Notes: generated from the letters alone by a model not told the origin. A DNA stretch of 64,000 nt from an uncultured Spirochaetota bacterium (GCA_963781885.1 CAWAHW010000001.1:256001-320000), one strand, 5' to 3'. Counted from the first letter of the stretch, positions 1-11,115 are shown. Translations and numbers: made by a program.

Positions 1-1464
1 GATGAAGCTCCCCGGGTGGGTGGCGACGTAGCGGATGACGCGGTCGATCTGGTTCGCATCCGCGGGCACGATGAGCCTGTAGCCGTAGAGATTGCCCGCG
101 AGCGACAGGTAGTCGATGCACTGGTGCGTCTTGCCATCCTGGCCGACCTCGAGGCCGGTGTGCGTGATGATGAGCTTCAGCGCGCATTTGTTGAAATCCG
201 TCATCCGGTGCTGGCCGTAGGTCTCGTCAAGGCCGAAGACCGCGAAGTCGGCGAAGAACGACACGCAGCCGTCGCGCGACAGGGCAGCCGCAATGGTCGC
301 CGCGTTGTGTTCCGCAATGCCGCACTCGACGAAGGAATCCGGATATTCATCGCGTATCGCGAAAAGGCGGGTGGATTCCGCCAGGTCGCAATCCAGCGCG
401 ACAAGCGGCGCCTTGTCCCCGCCGTCCCTGTTCTGCCGGAAAAGATCGCCGAGCGCCTTGCCGAAAGCATCGCGCGGGTCCACGCTCGCGCCCAGCGCAT
501 ACTGCCGCGGCACGCCCGGATCGACGCAGGATTCCGCGCTGACGGGCTGTTCCACGCACCGCGACGCGAGCGGGGGTTGCGCGTCGACGGAAGGCTCCCA
601 CGACCCGGCGCTGTCCTCCCGATGGCGCAGGAACCTGGCCGCCTCCTCCTGGGAAAGCTGTTTTCCGTGAAAGTGGTAGTCGTTCTCGATCATCGGGAAG
701 CCTTTTCCCATGACCGTGTGCGCGAGGATCAGGGTCGGCCGCTCTTTCTCCGCGCGGCAGGAGCGCAGCGCACCATAGATGGCGCTGAAATCATGGCCGT
801 CGATCTCCGTTACCGCGAAGCCACCCTGCCGGTACATCGCAGCAATATCCTGGGGCATGATCTCGTCGATCGGGCCCGAAGACTGGAGCCCGTTGAAGTC
901 GACGATTGCCGTCAGACCCGCCAGCCGATACTTCGCGGCGAAGCTCACGGCCTCATGGATCTGGCCCTTCTGCTGCTCGCCGTCACCCATGAGCACGAAG
1001 ACGTGGTTGGTGCGTTTCTGAAGACGCGCGGCAAGGGCAAAGCCGCAGCCGACCGACAGCCCCTGCCCGAGACTCCCGCTTGCCCATTCCACGCCGGGGA
1101 TCTCCTTGTTGGGATGCCCCTCGAATAGGCTGCCGCCCCGGCGATAGCCTTCGTTCACCTGGCGCAGGTCGACGTATCCCAGGAGCCCCAGCACCGTGTA
1201 CAGGGCCGAGGATACGTGACCGTGGCTCACGACGATCCTGTCCCTGCGGGCGTCGAGCTCCCGCCCGGGAGCGACATTCGCGCAGAGGTAGAGCATCAGG
1301 AGCATGTCCAGGGAGGAAAGGGCCCCGCCGAGATGGCCGGAGCCTGCACCCTGCAGCATGCGCACGATATTGGCCACTGCCTGGCTGCGCAGGTCGGCAA
1401 GCAAACTGCCGTGTGACGGGGACAGGGTATCGGCGGAAAAGTTTTTAAGCTCCTCAAGACTCAT
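1..1464 (-). CDS. tkt: Transketolase (N- and C-terminal halves fused), truncated by the window edge
   Basis: Not in the ORF track. Manual translation from ATG 1464 gives MSLEELKNF...GSGHLGGALSSLD...RDRIVVSHGH...GSLGQGLS...MGDGEQQKG (TPP motif)...ECGIAEHN...GQDGKTHQ. Confidence 0.9.
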   Translation of the reverse strand, partial: MSLEELKNFSADTLSPSHGSLLADLRSQAVANIVRMLQGAGSGHLGGALSSLDMLLMLYLCANVAPGRELDARRDRIVVSHGHVSSALYTVLGLLGYVDLRQVNEGYRRGGSLFEGHPNKEIPGVEWASGSLGQGLSVGCGFALAARLQKRTNHVFVLMGDGEQQKGQIHEAVSFAAKYRLAGLTAIVDFNGLQSSGPIDEIMPQDIAAMYRQGGFAVTEIDGHDFSAIYGALRSCRAEKERPTLILAHTVMGKGFPMIENDYHFHGKQLSQEEAARFLRHREDSAGSWEPSVDAQPPLASRCVEQPVSAESCVDPGVPRQYALGASVDPRDAFGKALGDLFRQNRDGGDKAPLVALDCDLAESTRLFAIRDEYPDSFVECGIAEHNAATIAAALSRDGCVSFFADFAVFGLDETYGQHRMTDFNKCALKLIITHTGLEVGQDGKTHQCIDYLSLAGNLYGYRLIVPADANQIDRVIRYVATHPGSFI

Positions 1465-1560
1465 CGGCGGTCGCCATTTGCTGAGTATCGACAGAGGCCT
1501 GTTTCGGTTTTGTTTCTAACAAGTAACGTAATCATTTGTTTGTCTTAAGGTTACGAATGC

Positions 1561-1589
1561 AGTATCAATCGGAATCTTTGATTTGTCAA
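1561..1589 (-). promoter_or_regulatory. Putative sigma70 promoter for tkt
   Basis: Minus strand TTGACA-17 nt-GATACT in an AT-rich intergenic region. Confidence 0.55.
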
Positions 1590-1622
1590 CAAAAATCGAA
1601 TCAAAAAAGCTGTATGCGAACC

Positions 1623-2327
1623 TTATGTCGTCTCCATCAGGGCAGGAAGCTGCTCCCAGGCCGTGATGACCGCATGCTCGCCGACGTCTGTCGGTATCGG
1701 GCTTCGGGGATTGAACGCAACGGGGAAAATGCCGGCACCACTTGCCCCCTCGATGTCGTAGCTGATGTTGTCCCCGGCGAACCACACCTTGTCCGCCGGC
1801 AGGCCCAGGCGGCGCAGCGCGACCTCGAAGATGATGGGATCCGGCTTCCGCACGCCGTAGTCGGCGCTGGAGACGACGAACGCGAAGTACGAAAGAACGC
1901 CCTGGCGTTCCAGCTCGCGCGCCAGGGTCACCGCAAGGAATGAGGAATTGCTCACCACGCCCATCGGCATGGACCGGGAGGCAAGGAGCGCGAGCAGGTC
2001 CCGCACCCCCTCGATGAGCTCGATCTGCATGGCGGCGCGCCAGAAGACCCACTCCGCCTCCTCCAGCCCGCGCGGGTAGCTCATGCCCAGCGAATCGCCG
2101 ACGATGCGCAGGAGCGCCGCCTGGCTGAACTCCAGCGCGGCCAGGTCCTCCCGCGATTCAAGGGCCGTGACGACCCGGCGGCCCACCTCCATCACGTCAC
2201 TCAAGGTTGCGCGGCGCGGGTTGTGCGCCGTCTCGAGCACGGCCGCGTGCCCGCGGGTGGGATCGAAACCGCGCGAGTCGATAAGGGTGCCCCAGAGGTC
2301 GAAAAGCATGGCCTGCGGTCTGTGCAT
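1623..2327 (-). CDS. HAD-superfamily hydrolase (subfamily IA)
   Basis: Motifs FDLWGTL, VVSN, KPDP.IF and GDNISYDI.G. Confidence 0.88.
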   Translation of the reverse strand: MHRPQAMLFDLWGTLIDSRGFDPTRGHAAVLETAHNPRRATLSDVMEVGRRVVTALESREDLAALEFSQAALLRIVGDSLGMSYPRGLEEAEWVFWRAAMQIELIEGVRDLLALLASRSMPMGVVSNSSFLAVTLARELERQGVLSYFAFVVSSADYGVRKPDPIIFEVALRRLGLPADKVWFAGDNISYDIEGASGAGIFPVAFNPRSPIPTDVGEHAVITAWEQLPALMETT

Positions 2328-2418
2328 GATGCGACTATACCCCGCGGGCCCGCGAGGGTCACCACGCGGAGGCGCCGCGCTTGCCGCGTCGCGGTGCGAC
2401 GGCTATCATGGCCGCGGC

Positions 2419-3186
2419 ATGGCGGAGCAGCGGAAAAACTACCTCATCGACATGGATGGCGTCCTGGTCCTGGGCAGGACGATCGTGCCGGGCGCGGCGG
2501 AGTTCATCGCGCGCCTCGTGCACGCCTCCCGGGAGTTTCTCGTTCTCACGAACAACCCGCAGTTCACCCAGAACGATCTCTCCTACCGTCTGGGCAGCAT
2601 CGGCCTGGCGATCGATCCACGGAGGATCTTCACCTCGGCGATGGCAACGGTGCGTTTCCTCAAGTCGCAGCCCAGCACGGGCAAGGTCTTCGTGATCGGG
2701 GAAAGCGGCCTGACGGGTCCTCTCCACGATGCAGGTTTCATCATCACCGACATCGAGCCGTACTACGTCGTGCTGGGCGAGACGAACGCCTACAACATCC
2801 AGCACATCACGACCGCCATCCGGCTCATCGCGGGCGGCGCGCGCTTCATCGCCACAAACCCCGACCCCTCGGGGCCGGGCGACGGCGGGATCGTGCCCGC
2901 CTGCGGCGCCATGGCCGCGCTCATCGAGAAGGCCACCGGTGTCGCGCCCTTCTTCGTGGGAAAGCCGAATCCCCTCATGATGCGCACGGCCTTGAATTAC
3001 CTCGGCGTGCACTCGGAGAACACCGTCATGATCGGCGACCGCATGGACACCGACATGGTGGCGGGAGTGGAAAGCGGAATGGAGACCATCCTCGTCCTGA
3101 GCGGCGTCACCCGCGCGGAGGAGGTGGCCCGCTTCCCCTACCAGCCGGGCCGCATCGTCGGCTCCGTTGCCGACATCGATCCCTGA
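2419..3186 (+). CDS. nagD: HAD-IIA hydrolase, NagD family nucleotide monophosphatase
   Basis: Start taken at ATG 2419 ([16 protein letters not shown]); motifs LTNN, ATNPD, GKP and IGDRMDTD. Confidence 0.85.
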   Translation: MAEQRKNYLIDMDGVLVLGRTIVPGAAEFIARLVHASREFLVLTNNPQFTQNDLSYRLGSIGLAIDPRRIFTSAMATVRFLKSQPSTGKVFVIGESGLTGPLHDAGFIITDIEPYYVVLGETNAYNIQHITTAIRLIAGGARFIATNPDPSGPGDGGIVPACGAMAALIEKATGVAPFFVGKPNPLMMRTALNYLGVHSENTVMIGDRMDTDMVAGVESGMETILVLSGVTRAEEVARFPYQPGRIVGSVADIDP

Positions 3187-3198
3187 GGGAGGCGGCGA

Positions 3199-4824
3199 GT
3201 GAAGATCGAGTGCTTGCTGGATCCGGTCTTCGCTGTCACGACGTTCCGCAGGCTTGCCCTTCCCGACGCCGCTGTCACGACAGAGACGGCGGGGGACCGC
3301 GCGATTCTCCGCATCGATGCAGCGGCGCTCCGGCAGCTCGCCTTCGAGGCATTCCGCGACATCAATTTCCTCTTCCGCACGTCCCACCTGGAAGCCTGGG
3401 CCCGGATCCTGGAAGACCCCGGGGCATCGGACAACGACCGCTTCGTCGTGGCGGCCCTCCTGAAGAACGCGGCTATCTCGGCGGAAGGCATCCTCCCTTC
3501 CTGCCAGGACACAGGCACGGCCACGATTATCGGGCTCAAGGGCGAGCGCGTGCGCACGGACACCGACGACGAGGACGCTCTGTCCGAAGGAACGGCACGG
3601 GCCTACGCGTCGAGCAACCTGCGCTTTTCCCAGGTCGCGCCTGTCTCCATGCTGGACGATGCCGACACTCGAACGAATCTTCCCGCGCAGGTGGATCTGC
3701 ACGCGGTTGCCTCCGGCGGACCCGGCGGAGGGGAATATCGCCTGCTCTTCATCGCCAAGGGAGGGGGGTCGGCAAACAAGACCTCTTTCTTTCAAGAGAC
3801 GCGCGCGCTCCTCAAGGAGGAGGCGCTGGATGCATTCCTGCGCGACCGCGTGCGCGCCTTGGGTACCGCGGGGTGCCCGCCGTATCACCTCTGCGTCGTC
3901 ATCGGGGGAAGCAGCCCCGAGCAGAACCTCAGCATGTTGAAGCTCGCCACGGCCGGCGCGCTGGACCTGCTTCCTGCGGGGCCGCCGGCTCCCTTCCGCG
4001 ACGCCGCCTGGGAGGAGCGGCTCCTGCGGCACGCGCGGGAATCCCGGCTGGGCGCGCAATTCGGCGGCATGCACCTGGCGCTGGACGCACGGGTGATCCG
4101 GCTCGCGCGGCATGCCGCAAGCGTCCCGGTATCCGTCGGCGTCTCCTGCAGCGCGCACCGCAACGCATTGGCGCGCATCTCCGCCGACGGGGTGTGGCTG
4201 GAAGACTTCGACCGTGCGCCGGGCCGTTTCCTGCCGCGCGCCGCGGAGGTGCTCACCCGCGCGTCGGCCGCGGCGCGCCGTATCGATCTTGCGCAGCCGC
4301 TGGCCGGCGTGTGCGCCCAACTGGCCGCCTGTGCGCTGGGCACCCTCGTGCTCCTCAACGGGCCTCTCGTCGTGGCGCGCGACGCGGCGCATGCGCGCCT
4401 TGCCGCGCTTCTTGCGCAGGGCTCCCCGCTTCCCGACTGGTTCTGCCTGCATCCCATCTACTACGCGGGCCCCGCCGCGACGCCACCGGGCAGGGTGATC
4501 GGAAGCTTCGGCCCGACCACCGCTCAGCGCATGGATCCCTACGTGCGGTCGTTCATGGCGGCGGGGGCATCCCGAGTGATGCTTGCCAAGGGAAACAGGT
4601 CGGCGGCCGTCGTCGAGGCATGTCGGGATTTCGGCGGCTTCTCCCTGGGCACCATCGGCGGGGCTGCCGCGTTGATCGCGCAGGAAAATATCGTGGCCGA
4701 GGAGCTCCTTGCCTGGCCCGAGCTGGGCATGGAGGCGGTGCGCAGGATCGTGGTGCGGGAACTGCCCGCCTTTATCGTCATTGACGACAAGGGGGGCAAT
4801 TTGTACGGCTCTGCGCCGCGGTGA
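3199..4824 (+). CDS. fumA: Class I (Fe-S) fumarate hydratase
   Basis: Motifs PSCQDTGT, TNLPAQ, KGGGSANK, CPPYH, RHAAS, SCSAHR, GSFGPTT and KGNRS; GGAGG RBS before the GTG start. Confidence 0.9.
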   Translation: MKIECLLDPVFAVTTFRRLALPDAAVTTETAGDRAILRIDAAALRQLAFEAFRDINFLFRTSHLEAWARILEDPGASDNDRFVVAALLKNAAISAEGILPSCQDTGTATIIGLKGERVRTDTDDEDALSEGTARAYASSNLRFSQVAPVSMLDDADTRTNLPAQVDLHAVASGGPGGGEYRLLFIAKGGGSANKTSFFQETRALLKEEALDAFLRDRVRALGTAGCPPYHLCVVIGGSSPEQNLSMLKLATAGALDLLPAGPPAPFRDAAWEERLLRHARESRLGAQFGGMHLALDARVIRLARHAASVPVSVGVSCSAHRNALARISADGVWLEDFDRAPGRFLPRAAEVLTRASAAARRIDLAQPLAGVCAQLAACALGTLVLLNGPLVVARDAAHARLAALLAQGSPLPDWFCLHPIYYAGPAATPPGRVIGSFGPTTAQRMDPYVRSFMAAGASRVMLAKGNRSAAVVEACRDFGGFSLGTIGGAAALIAQENIVAEELLAWPELGMEAVRRIVVRELPAFIVIDDKGGNLYGSAPR

Positions 4825-4829
4825 TGGGC

Positions 4830-5456
4830 TTAGCGGTGGCCACCGCGGCGGTCATGACGACCGTCCCTGAAGATCCATATGGGCATGGGGAAGAAGGGAG
4901 CGACGGCGACGACCGTCGGGCTGGGCGCGGCGCTGAGCGCGAAATCCGTGTAGGTGCTCAGCTTTGAGATGGCGTCCCGCATCGCCTGCAAGGCATCCAG
5001 CCACCGAGGATACGGCTGTATGTCGATGACGGAGATCCCCCCTTGCAGGTCGGCCAGAACGTCGCGGCCGCCGCTCGCGACCGTCATGCCGTTCTGGGCG
5101 CTGGCCGCGCTGTCGTCCACGAGTCCGCCCCCGCTCGGTTGCAGGGTCGCGATCTTCAGGACTTCACCCGTCTCCTTGTCGGCTTCGATCGCGACGGCAA
5201 TCTCCACGGTCGTGCCGCTCGGTTTCAGCGCGCCGAACAAGTCACGGTGGTAGAGATCGACATCGCCTATCGCCATGTAGAAGTCGTTGCCCTTGAGTGT
5301 CGCGCTCACGCTGCCATTTTGCAGGTAGTTCGTCGCTCCCTTCGTGATTTGCGGCACGGTCGCACAACCGAGGAGCGCCAGAACGAATGCCACCGCCGCG
5401 AGCCCCTTCCAGACAAATCGGCTCGCGCGCTTCCCGTGCACGTGTACGTCCGTCAT
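4830..5456 (-). CDS. Hypothetical lipoprotein
   Basis: GGAGG RBS before ATG 5456; hydrophobic stretch ending in the lipobox LLGC; no family recognised. Confidence 0.6.
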   Translation of the reverse strand: MTDVHVHGKRASRFVWKGLAAVAFVLALLGCATVPQITKGATNYLQNGSVSATLKGNDFYMAIGDVDLYHRDLFGALKPSGTTVEIAVAIEADKETGEVLKIATLQPSGGGLVDDSAASAQNGMTVASGGRDVLADLQGGISVIDIQPYPRWLDALQAMRDAISKLSTYTDFALSAAPSPTVVAVAPFFPMPIWIFRDGRHDRRGGHR

Positions 5457-5622
5457 AGATACGCCTCCACTCTTCGCTTTCAATGATACGAGAAGATTCA
5501 TTCGGGGGAACGCGAATAATGGAATGTTCTGCATCTGTAATCGGGGGTTCATCGCCTCTTTCGGCGTGCATATGCCGCCGGGACTATGAAATCGGGGAGA
5601 TTTTAGGCATATTCGAGACACG

Positions 5623-6681
5623 ATGCCTGAAGAAAAATCGGTCCGTTCCCTGAGAGCCTTGCCGTGGATCGCGGCGCTTGTCTGCGCCGCGATCACGCTT
5701 CTTCCCGCAGCCGCGTTCGGCCAGGACGCGCCGCCGATTACGCTGTCGGCAACGACGAGCGCGGGCATCATCTATGGGGAGGCATTCGAGTACGTCTACA
5801 ATCAGGCTGTCTCGGCCAACTACAAGAACAGCGAGCTCGACTGGACCCTCCAGCCTTTGTTCTACACGGAAGAATCGCTTTCCCTTGCGACGGCCATAGG
5901 CATCGAAGCCCACGTGGACGTGAAACAGGGCATTCCGGGCAATGCGGGCACGATGACCGATTCGGACTTCCTGAACGGTAACGGCGTGCGCACACACTAT
6001 TCCCAGAGTGAAAGCTACGCGGAGCGCGCCCTTCTCCTGGACGCCACCGTCGGCTATGATCTGCCGATCGGGGAGACCGTCGTCGTCGTGCCGTACCTGG
6101 GCTTCTCCTACATGGACTTCAAGTGGTCCGCGCGCGACGGCTACTACCAATATCCCACAAGCGGCTATGAATACTCTTTCAGCACCACCGGCGCGCTTGT
6201 GTATGGCACCTTAAATCCCTGGAGCGCCTCTGAGACGGAGACGCCACTCTATGGCGCCGGCATCCTCTACGAGCAGACCTATCTCATCGGCTCCGCGGGG
6301 GTCCGGGCCTCCCTGCGACTGGACCGACTCACGGTGGGGGCCTCCTTCGCCTTCTCTCCTTTGACGTATTGCTACGACATGGACAACCACCTGCTGCGTC
6401 AGATCACCTTCACGTCGACCCTGACCGGCGGGATGACGATCGAGCCCGCCCTCAGCCTCCAGTATGCCTTCACGCAGCGGGCGTCGCTCACGCTCTCCGT
6501 CGACTATCGGCAGATTTTCAATCTCCTGGGGGACGCCACGGAGGTGAACCAGGGCACGACGGCGACAGGCTCGGACGGCAACTATTATGCCGGTCCTGAT
6601 TCCGCCAGCACGTTCACGAAGGGCTCGGGTGCGGCCGTGTGGATGCTCGACGCGAGCCTCCTGTTCAGGCTCGAGCTGTAG
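5623..6681 (+). CDS. Omptin-family outer-membrane protease (OmpT/Pla-like beta-barrel)
   Basis: Signal peptide; EYVY, SELDW, MTDSDF (D-x-D), HYS and DMDNHLLR (D-x-H) match omptin motifs; aromatic-rich beta strands. Confidence 0.75.
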   Translation: MPEEKSVRSLRALPWIAALVCAAITLLPAAAFGQDAPPITLSATTSAGIIYGEAFEYVYNQAVSANYKNSELDWTLQPLFYTEESLSLATAIGIEAHVDVKQGIPGNAGTMTDSDFLNGNGVRTHYSQSESYAERALLLDATVGYDLPIGETVVVVPYLGFSYMDFKWSARDGYYQYPTSGYEYSFSTTGALVYGTLNPWSASETETPLYGAGILYEQTYLIGSAGVRASLRLDRLTVGASFAFSPLTYCYDMDNHLLRQITFTSTLTGGMTIEPALSLQYAFTQRASLTLSVDYRQIFNLLGDATEVNQGTTATGSDGNYYAGPDSASTFTKGSGAAVWMLDASLLFRLEL

Positions 6682-6695
6682 GCCGAGGAGTGAAT

Positions 6696-7667
6696 ATGCG
6701 ATTCATTCGCGGAGGAATCTTCCCGGCAGCGGTTGTAGTTATCGCGCTGGCGCTTTCCGGATGCCCGACCCCTGCCACCTATGGACCGACGATCACGCCG
6801 ATCTATGCGGCCACAAGCGCAGGCCTGCAAATCTACAACGGGACGAGCTGGACGAACGTGACGACCGCCAATGGGCTTCAAAGCAACAGCGTCAGCTCCG
6901 TGGTCGTTTCCGGCTCCGGTTCGGGTGCCACGATCTTTGCCGGCACGGCAAATGGTCTTTCTTATTCCAGTACCAACGGATCGACCTGGACGACCTGGAC
7001 AACCGCAAATGGTCTTGGAAGCAACACGATCAAAGGCCTTTTCCTCGGCTCGACGGGCCTCTACGCGGCCACGACGGGCGGTCTTTCCGCCTACAACGCC
7101 GATGGATATCCAACCGCAACCTGGACGAACAGCGGCTCACCAATCAACAGCGTCTTCGTCTTCGGCAGCTACATCTACGCCGGGGGCGCATCGGGCTTGG
7201 CCGTTGTGAACGGCACGGGTGTCGAGAAGACATTCACGCCCGCGTTGATAGTGCCGGGAAGCACGATAGCGAGCACGACGGTGAACGCGGTGTTCGTCGA
7301 CCCGTACCAGGACGTTTTCGCGGCGACAGACCAGGGACTCAACGTTCTGTACGGGGGCTCGAATCCCTTTGCCTTCCAGACGCCGCCGATCTTAATCAAT
7401 GTTGCCGTCAACGGCATCTATCTCGACACCAACGGCAACTTTTACGCGGCGACAGACTCGGGCCTCTACAACTTGAGCGGGACCGGCACGCAGCCGATTC
7501 TTGCGGGAAAGACCCACTGCGTGTATGTCGACGGCGCGGGCACGATCTATGCTGGCACAGACACAGGTTTGGAGACTTCCACGAACGGCGGTTCAACGTG
7601 GTCGAAAAGCGCATGGAGCGCCATCGTCTACGCGGTGGTGACGACGGCGCCCCTCTACTCATTCTGA
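6696..7667 (+). CDS. Lipoprotein with beta-propeller-type repeats
   Basis: GAGGAG RBS; lipobox LSGC; repeated TTANGL.SN.V, YAAT..GL and STNG.TW blade-like motifs; Thr/Gly/Ser rich. Confidence 0.7.
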   Translation: MRFIRGGIFPAAVVVIALALSGCPTPATYGPTITPIYAATSAGLQIYNGTSWTNVTTANGLQSNSVSSVVVSGSGSGATIFAGTANGLSYSSTNGSTWTTWTTANGLGSNTIKGLFLGSTGLYAATTGGLSAYNADGYPTATWTNSGSPINSVFVFGSYIYAGGASGLAVVNGTGVEKTFTPALIVPGSTIASTTVNAVFVDPYQDVFAATDQGLNVLYGGSNPFAFQTPPILINVAVNGIYLDTNGNFYAATDSGLYNLSGTGTQPILAGKTHCVYVDGAGTIYAGTDTGLETSTNGGSTWSKSAWSAIVYAVVTTAPLYSF

Positions 7668-7694
7668 AGCGGTCCCGGGCGGGGCCTCAGCAGA

Positions 7695-9852
7695 TCATTT
7701 CACCGTCAGGTTGAAAACGCCGTCCCAGTCCTTCCCGGCGAATCCTTGCGGAACAGCGCGATACGCTTCAGGAACACGTTGCTCGTCTCGTCGTTGTAGT
7801 CCTTGGAAAGGGAATGGCAAATCCCTTCTCCGCCGAGTCCCACTTCTGCTTGCGGTAGAGCCCGAGGGAGGTCTCGAAGAGCTTCTTGAACCGCTCGTCC
7901 CGCTCCGTCGCGCCCTTCTTCTCCCGGATGATCTCGTAGATGCGCACGGGAAGGCTCTTGCCCTTCACGGTCATCAGGTCGACCTCGCGGCAGAGGTACT
8001 CCCCCTCCACCTTGTCGTATACGGCCTCGGTGATCAGGGAGCCGGTGCCGTACTGCTTGTTGGCGCCTTCCAGCCGCGCGGCAAGGTTCACCGTGTCGCC
8101 GATGCTCGTGAAGTCCATGCGGTCCTTCGCGCCCACGCTCCCGTGAACGACGGGTCCCGTATTGATGCCGATGCCGATGTCGATGACCGTCCCCGCCGAC
8201 TCCGAGGCCTTGCGGGCCTCCTCCGCCATCGCGCGGCGTATCTCCAGCCCCGCCTTGCAGGCGTTTATCTCTTTGCGCACGCCATCGAACTGCGCCATCA
8301 TCTCGTCACCGACGTACTTGTCCACGTCGCCGTCGTTGGCGGAGATGATGGAGGTCTGCAGGTCGAGGTAGTGATTGAGGAGCTCCACCACCTGTTCGGG
8401 CTCCATGCCCTCACAGAGGGTCGTGAAACCGCGGATGTCGGTGAACAGGAACGTGAGATCCTTGCTCTCCGTGGTCGGCTTTCCCTGCTCGGCGTGCTGA
8501 AGGGTGGACTGGGAGATATAGGGGATGACGCCGCGGATGACGTTCGCCATGTGGTTCACCTCCCCCGAGAGGAGCTTGATCTCGTCGTGGGTGTGCACCC
8601 GGTCCTTGTACACCAGGAGATCGGAGGAGAACCGCAGCTGGCCCCGGACCATGTTGGACAGCACGTTGGCGATTGAGTTCACGCTCATGCGCAGATAGAG
8701 GATGGGGAACACGATCCCGCGGCCGAAGAGATAGATCAGGAAAATCGATGCATACATGAAGATGGCGGCGATGACGAACACCTTCACCTGCGTGCGGAAG
8801 TAAGGCTCGTAGATCACGTCACGGGCATAGTCCACCTTCACGTAGCCGATGAATGTCGTGCTGAGGGACACGGGCGCGAGGTACTCGTACGTCTTTGCGC
8901 TCGCGTTGTAGCGGCTCGTCGTCGCCGTGAACGCGTCGAGGGCCGGCGCGGTCTGGCCGATGATCGACCGATCGGTGCTGCCCCAGACGACGAATCCGCC
9001 CGCCTTCGCATCCTTGCGATAGAAGGAAAGGGTGTTGAACTTCGTGAAGGCGGCGCCCCCCGCGCTCGGCAGATTCTTCTTCGCCTCGGCGGCGAAATAG
9101 TCGTCCAGGGAGATGCGGTCCTTGTCCGAGGGATTGGCCTTCGCGACGCTCGCCGTCCTGTCGGCCAGCCCTTCGCCGTTGGCGTTCACGGAGGCGAGCA
9201 GGGTCTGGCTGAAATCGCGCAGCAGGAGGAAGGCGAGCACGATGATGATCACGAGGATGAGGGGCACGAAGGTGAGGATCAGCTTCCTCTGGATGCCCTG
9301 CCTCTGCGCCGCGGCCGCGGGGGTGTTGGACTGCTGATCGCCCGCGCGGCGGAACTCCAGGTATTCCTGGAACGCGATGTCGCGCTTGCTGATGCTGAGG
9401 ATGAGCGTGACGATGAAATAGCCGTTAAAAGCCAGCGAGATCACGGCGACGACGAACGTGAAGGGGGGGAAGCCGGCAAAGTAGCTCGCGCTCGCCGCCC
9501 TGCTCACCAGGTCCAGGACCACCAGCGCGACGACGAGGCCCGAGGACAGGATGTTGAGGGCAGCCGGGATGGTGAGCTCGGGATAGACGGCCACGTGCAG
9601 CCGGGCGGGCATGAAGACCGCCGCGACCTTCCACAGGCAGATGAGCGGGATCAGGTAGCCGATCACCGTCACGACCACCCGTGCCCCTGCCCGCGCGGGA
9701 TCGGACCCGTAGAGCACCTCACCGAGGGTGCGCGGGTTGAAGCCCCCGAGGGCGGTGCTCACGAACGGCAGCACGTACCAGACGATGATGAGGGCGGAGT
9801 ATGCCACCTCCACCGCGTGCAATCCGATCCTCGGCCGCGGAATTTGTTTCAT
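7695..9852 (-). CDS. Membrane-bound class III adenylate/guanylate cyclase; apparent frameshifts near the C-terminus
   Basis: Multiple TM segments; FTDIRGFT, DKYVGDE, GIGINTG, GDTVNLAARLE and VKGK. The track ORF ends at 7768, but the typical tail (…DWDGVFNLTVK*) ends at 7695 in another frame. Confidence 0.85.
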
Positions 9853-9855
9853 GCT

Positions 9856-11115
9856 CTATCCTCCCACCTGGTCAATCACCTTCTGTTTTTCACGCGCCTT
9901 GTCAAGATAGTCGCCGGCCTGTTCGTAGTCGACCTGCACGCCGACGACGGTCTGCAGGAGAGTGATCGCGTCCTTGTAGTTCTCATTGCGGTACGCGTCG
10001 ACGCCCTGCGCGTAGATGTCCTTGATCTTGTCGAGGATGGCCTGCGCCCGTGTATCGAGCGCCGCCTGTTTCGTCTGGTCGGTCGTCGTGCGCGCCAGGG
10101 CGTCGATCTTGCGCTGCGCCGAGACCAGCTGGCCATCCGTGATGAGCTTGTCGACGTCCGCCACGGTGGCCTCGAACGTTGCCGCGGTGTCCGCCCTGCC
10201 GCGGATGTCGGAGATCTGGCGCTTCAGCGCCGTGGCGTCAGCGGTGCGTGACGCGGCGAGCGCCGCATCGGTGCGTGCATCCGCGTTGGGGTAGTCCTTC
10301 TGCGCGAAGTAGGCCTTCGCCCAGGCGTAGTTCAGGTTGTAGGTGGCGCTGCGCACGTCCGCGTCGTAGTTGTTGCCCGTCTTGCGGTTCAGGTCGGCAA
10401 GCCCCGTGAGCTGGGTCCGCGCATCGGCGTATTTCGCCTCGGTGAGGAGGCTCTGGAACGTCGCCACGCGCGCGGCGACGAGCTTGCCGACTGCCGTCTT
10501 CACCGTGCTCATCTGGGAGAGGGCGGGGCCATTCTTCGGGTCGATGTCGAGCGCCCGGGAGATGCTCGGGTAGGCGTCGGTGTACTGCTTCTCCTGCGTG
10601 GCCGCGGGCGTCTTGTCGTTCAGGCCGGCGAGCGAGGTCTTGGCCTTTGCAAGGTAGGAATCGGCGAGCTTGGCCCGGTCCGACGCGGTATCGACGAGCA
10701 TCTTCTGCACGTCGGGGTTTTTCGCGTCGATGCGCGACGCTGCCTGGAGAGAGACGAACAGGGCGTAGTTGTCGTCGTCCGTGCGCTTGGCCTTTGCGAG
10801 TGTCTTCGTCGCGGTGCCGATGTTCGCCTTCAGCTTCTGGTCCTTGAAGTTGTCGACGAGGGTGAGGTACTGCTGCGCCTGGGTGTTCGACGGGTCGAGC
10901 TGGAGGGCGATGCTGAAGTATTCCCGCACGCGCGGGATCTGGTCGAATGCCTGCCGGCGGACAAGGGTGAGCTGGTACTCTTCGATGCCCGCTGCCGTGA
11001 GAGCCTGCGCCTTGCTCTGGTCGTCGAGCTTCTGAATGAGGAACGTATCGCTCGTCGAGGTACAACCCATCACGACAAGCGTGACCAGCGCCACCAAAAG
11101 AAGAGCCTTCTTCAT
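9856..11115 (-). CDS. TPR-like helical lipoprotein
   Basis: MKKALLL...VMGC lipobox after an AGGAG RBS; TPR-like ALQLDPSN and ALDIDPKN segments; 3 nt upstream of the cyclase start. Confidence 0.75.
   Translation of the reverse strand: MKKALLLVALVTLVVMGCTSTSDTFLIQKLDDQSKAQALTAAGIEEYQLTLVRRQAFDQIPRVREYFSIALQLDPSNTQAQQYLTLVDNFKDQKLKANIGTATKTLAKAKRTDDDNYALFVSLQAASRIDAKNPDVQKMLVDTASDRAKLADSYLAKAKTSLAGLNDKTPAATQEKQYTDAYPSISRALDIDPKNGPALSQMSTVKTAVGKLVAARVATFQSLLTEAKYADARTQLTGLADLNRKTGNNYDADVRSATYNLNYAWAKAYFAQKDYPNADARTDAALAASRTADATALKRQISDIRGRADTAATFEATVADVDKLITDGQLVSAQRKIDALARTTTDQTKQAALDTRAQAILDKIKDIYAQGVDAYRNENYKDAITLLQTVVGVQVDYEQAGDYLDKAREKQKVIDQVGG

Noticed and set aside
16-1128. 370-aa plus-strand ORF
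   Set aside because: Antisense shadow of transketolase, which the track missed because it runs off the window.
2223-4784. 853-aa Arg/Gly-rich ORF and the 697-aa antisense ORF at 2359-4452
   Set aside because: Off-frame products of high GC content overlapping nagD and fumA; no motifs.
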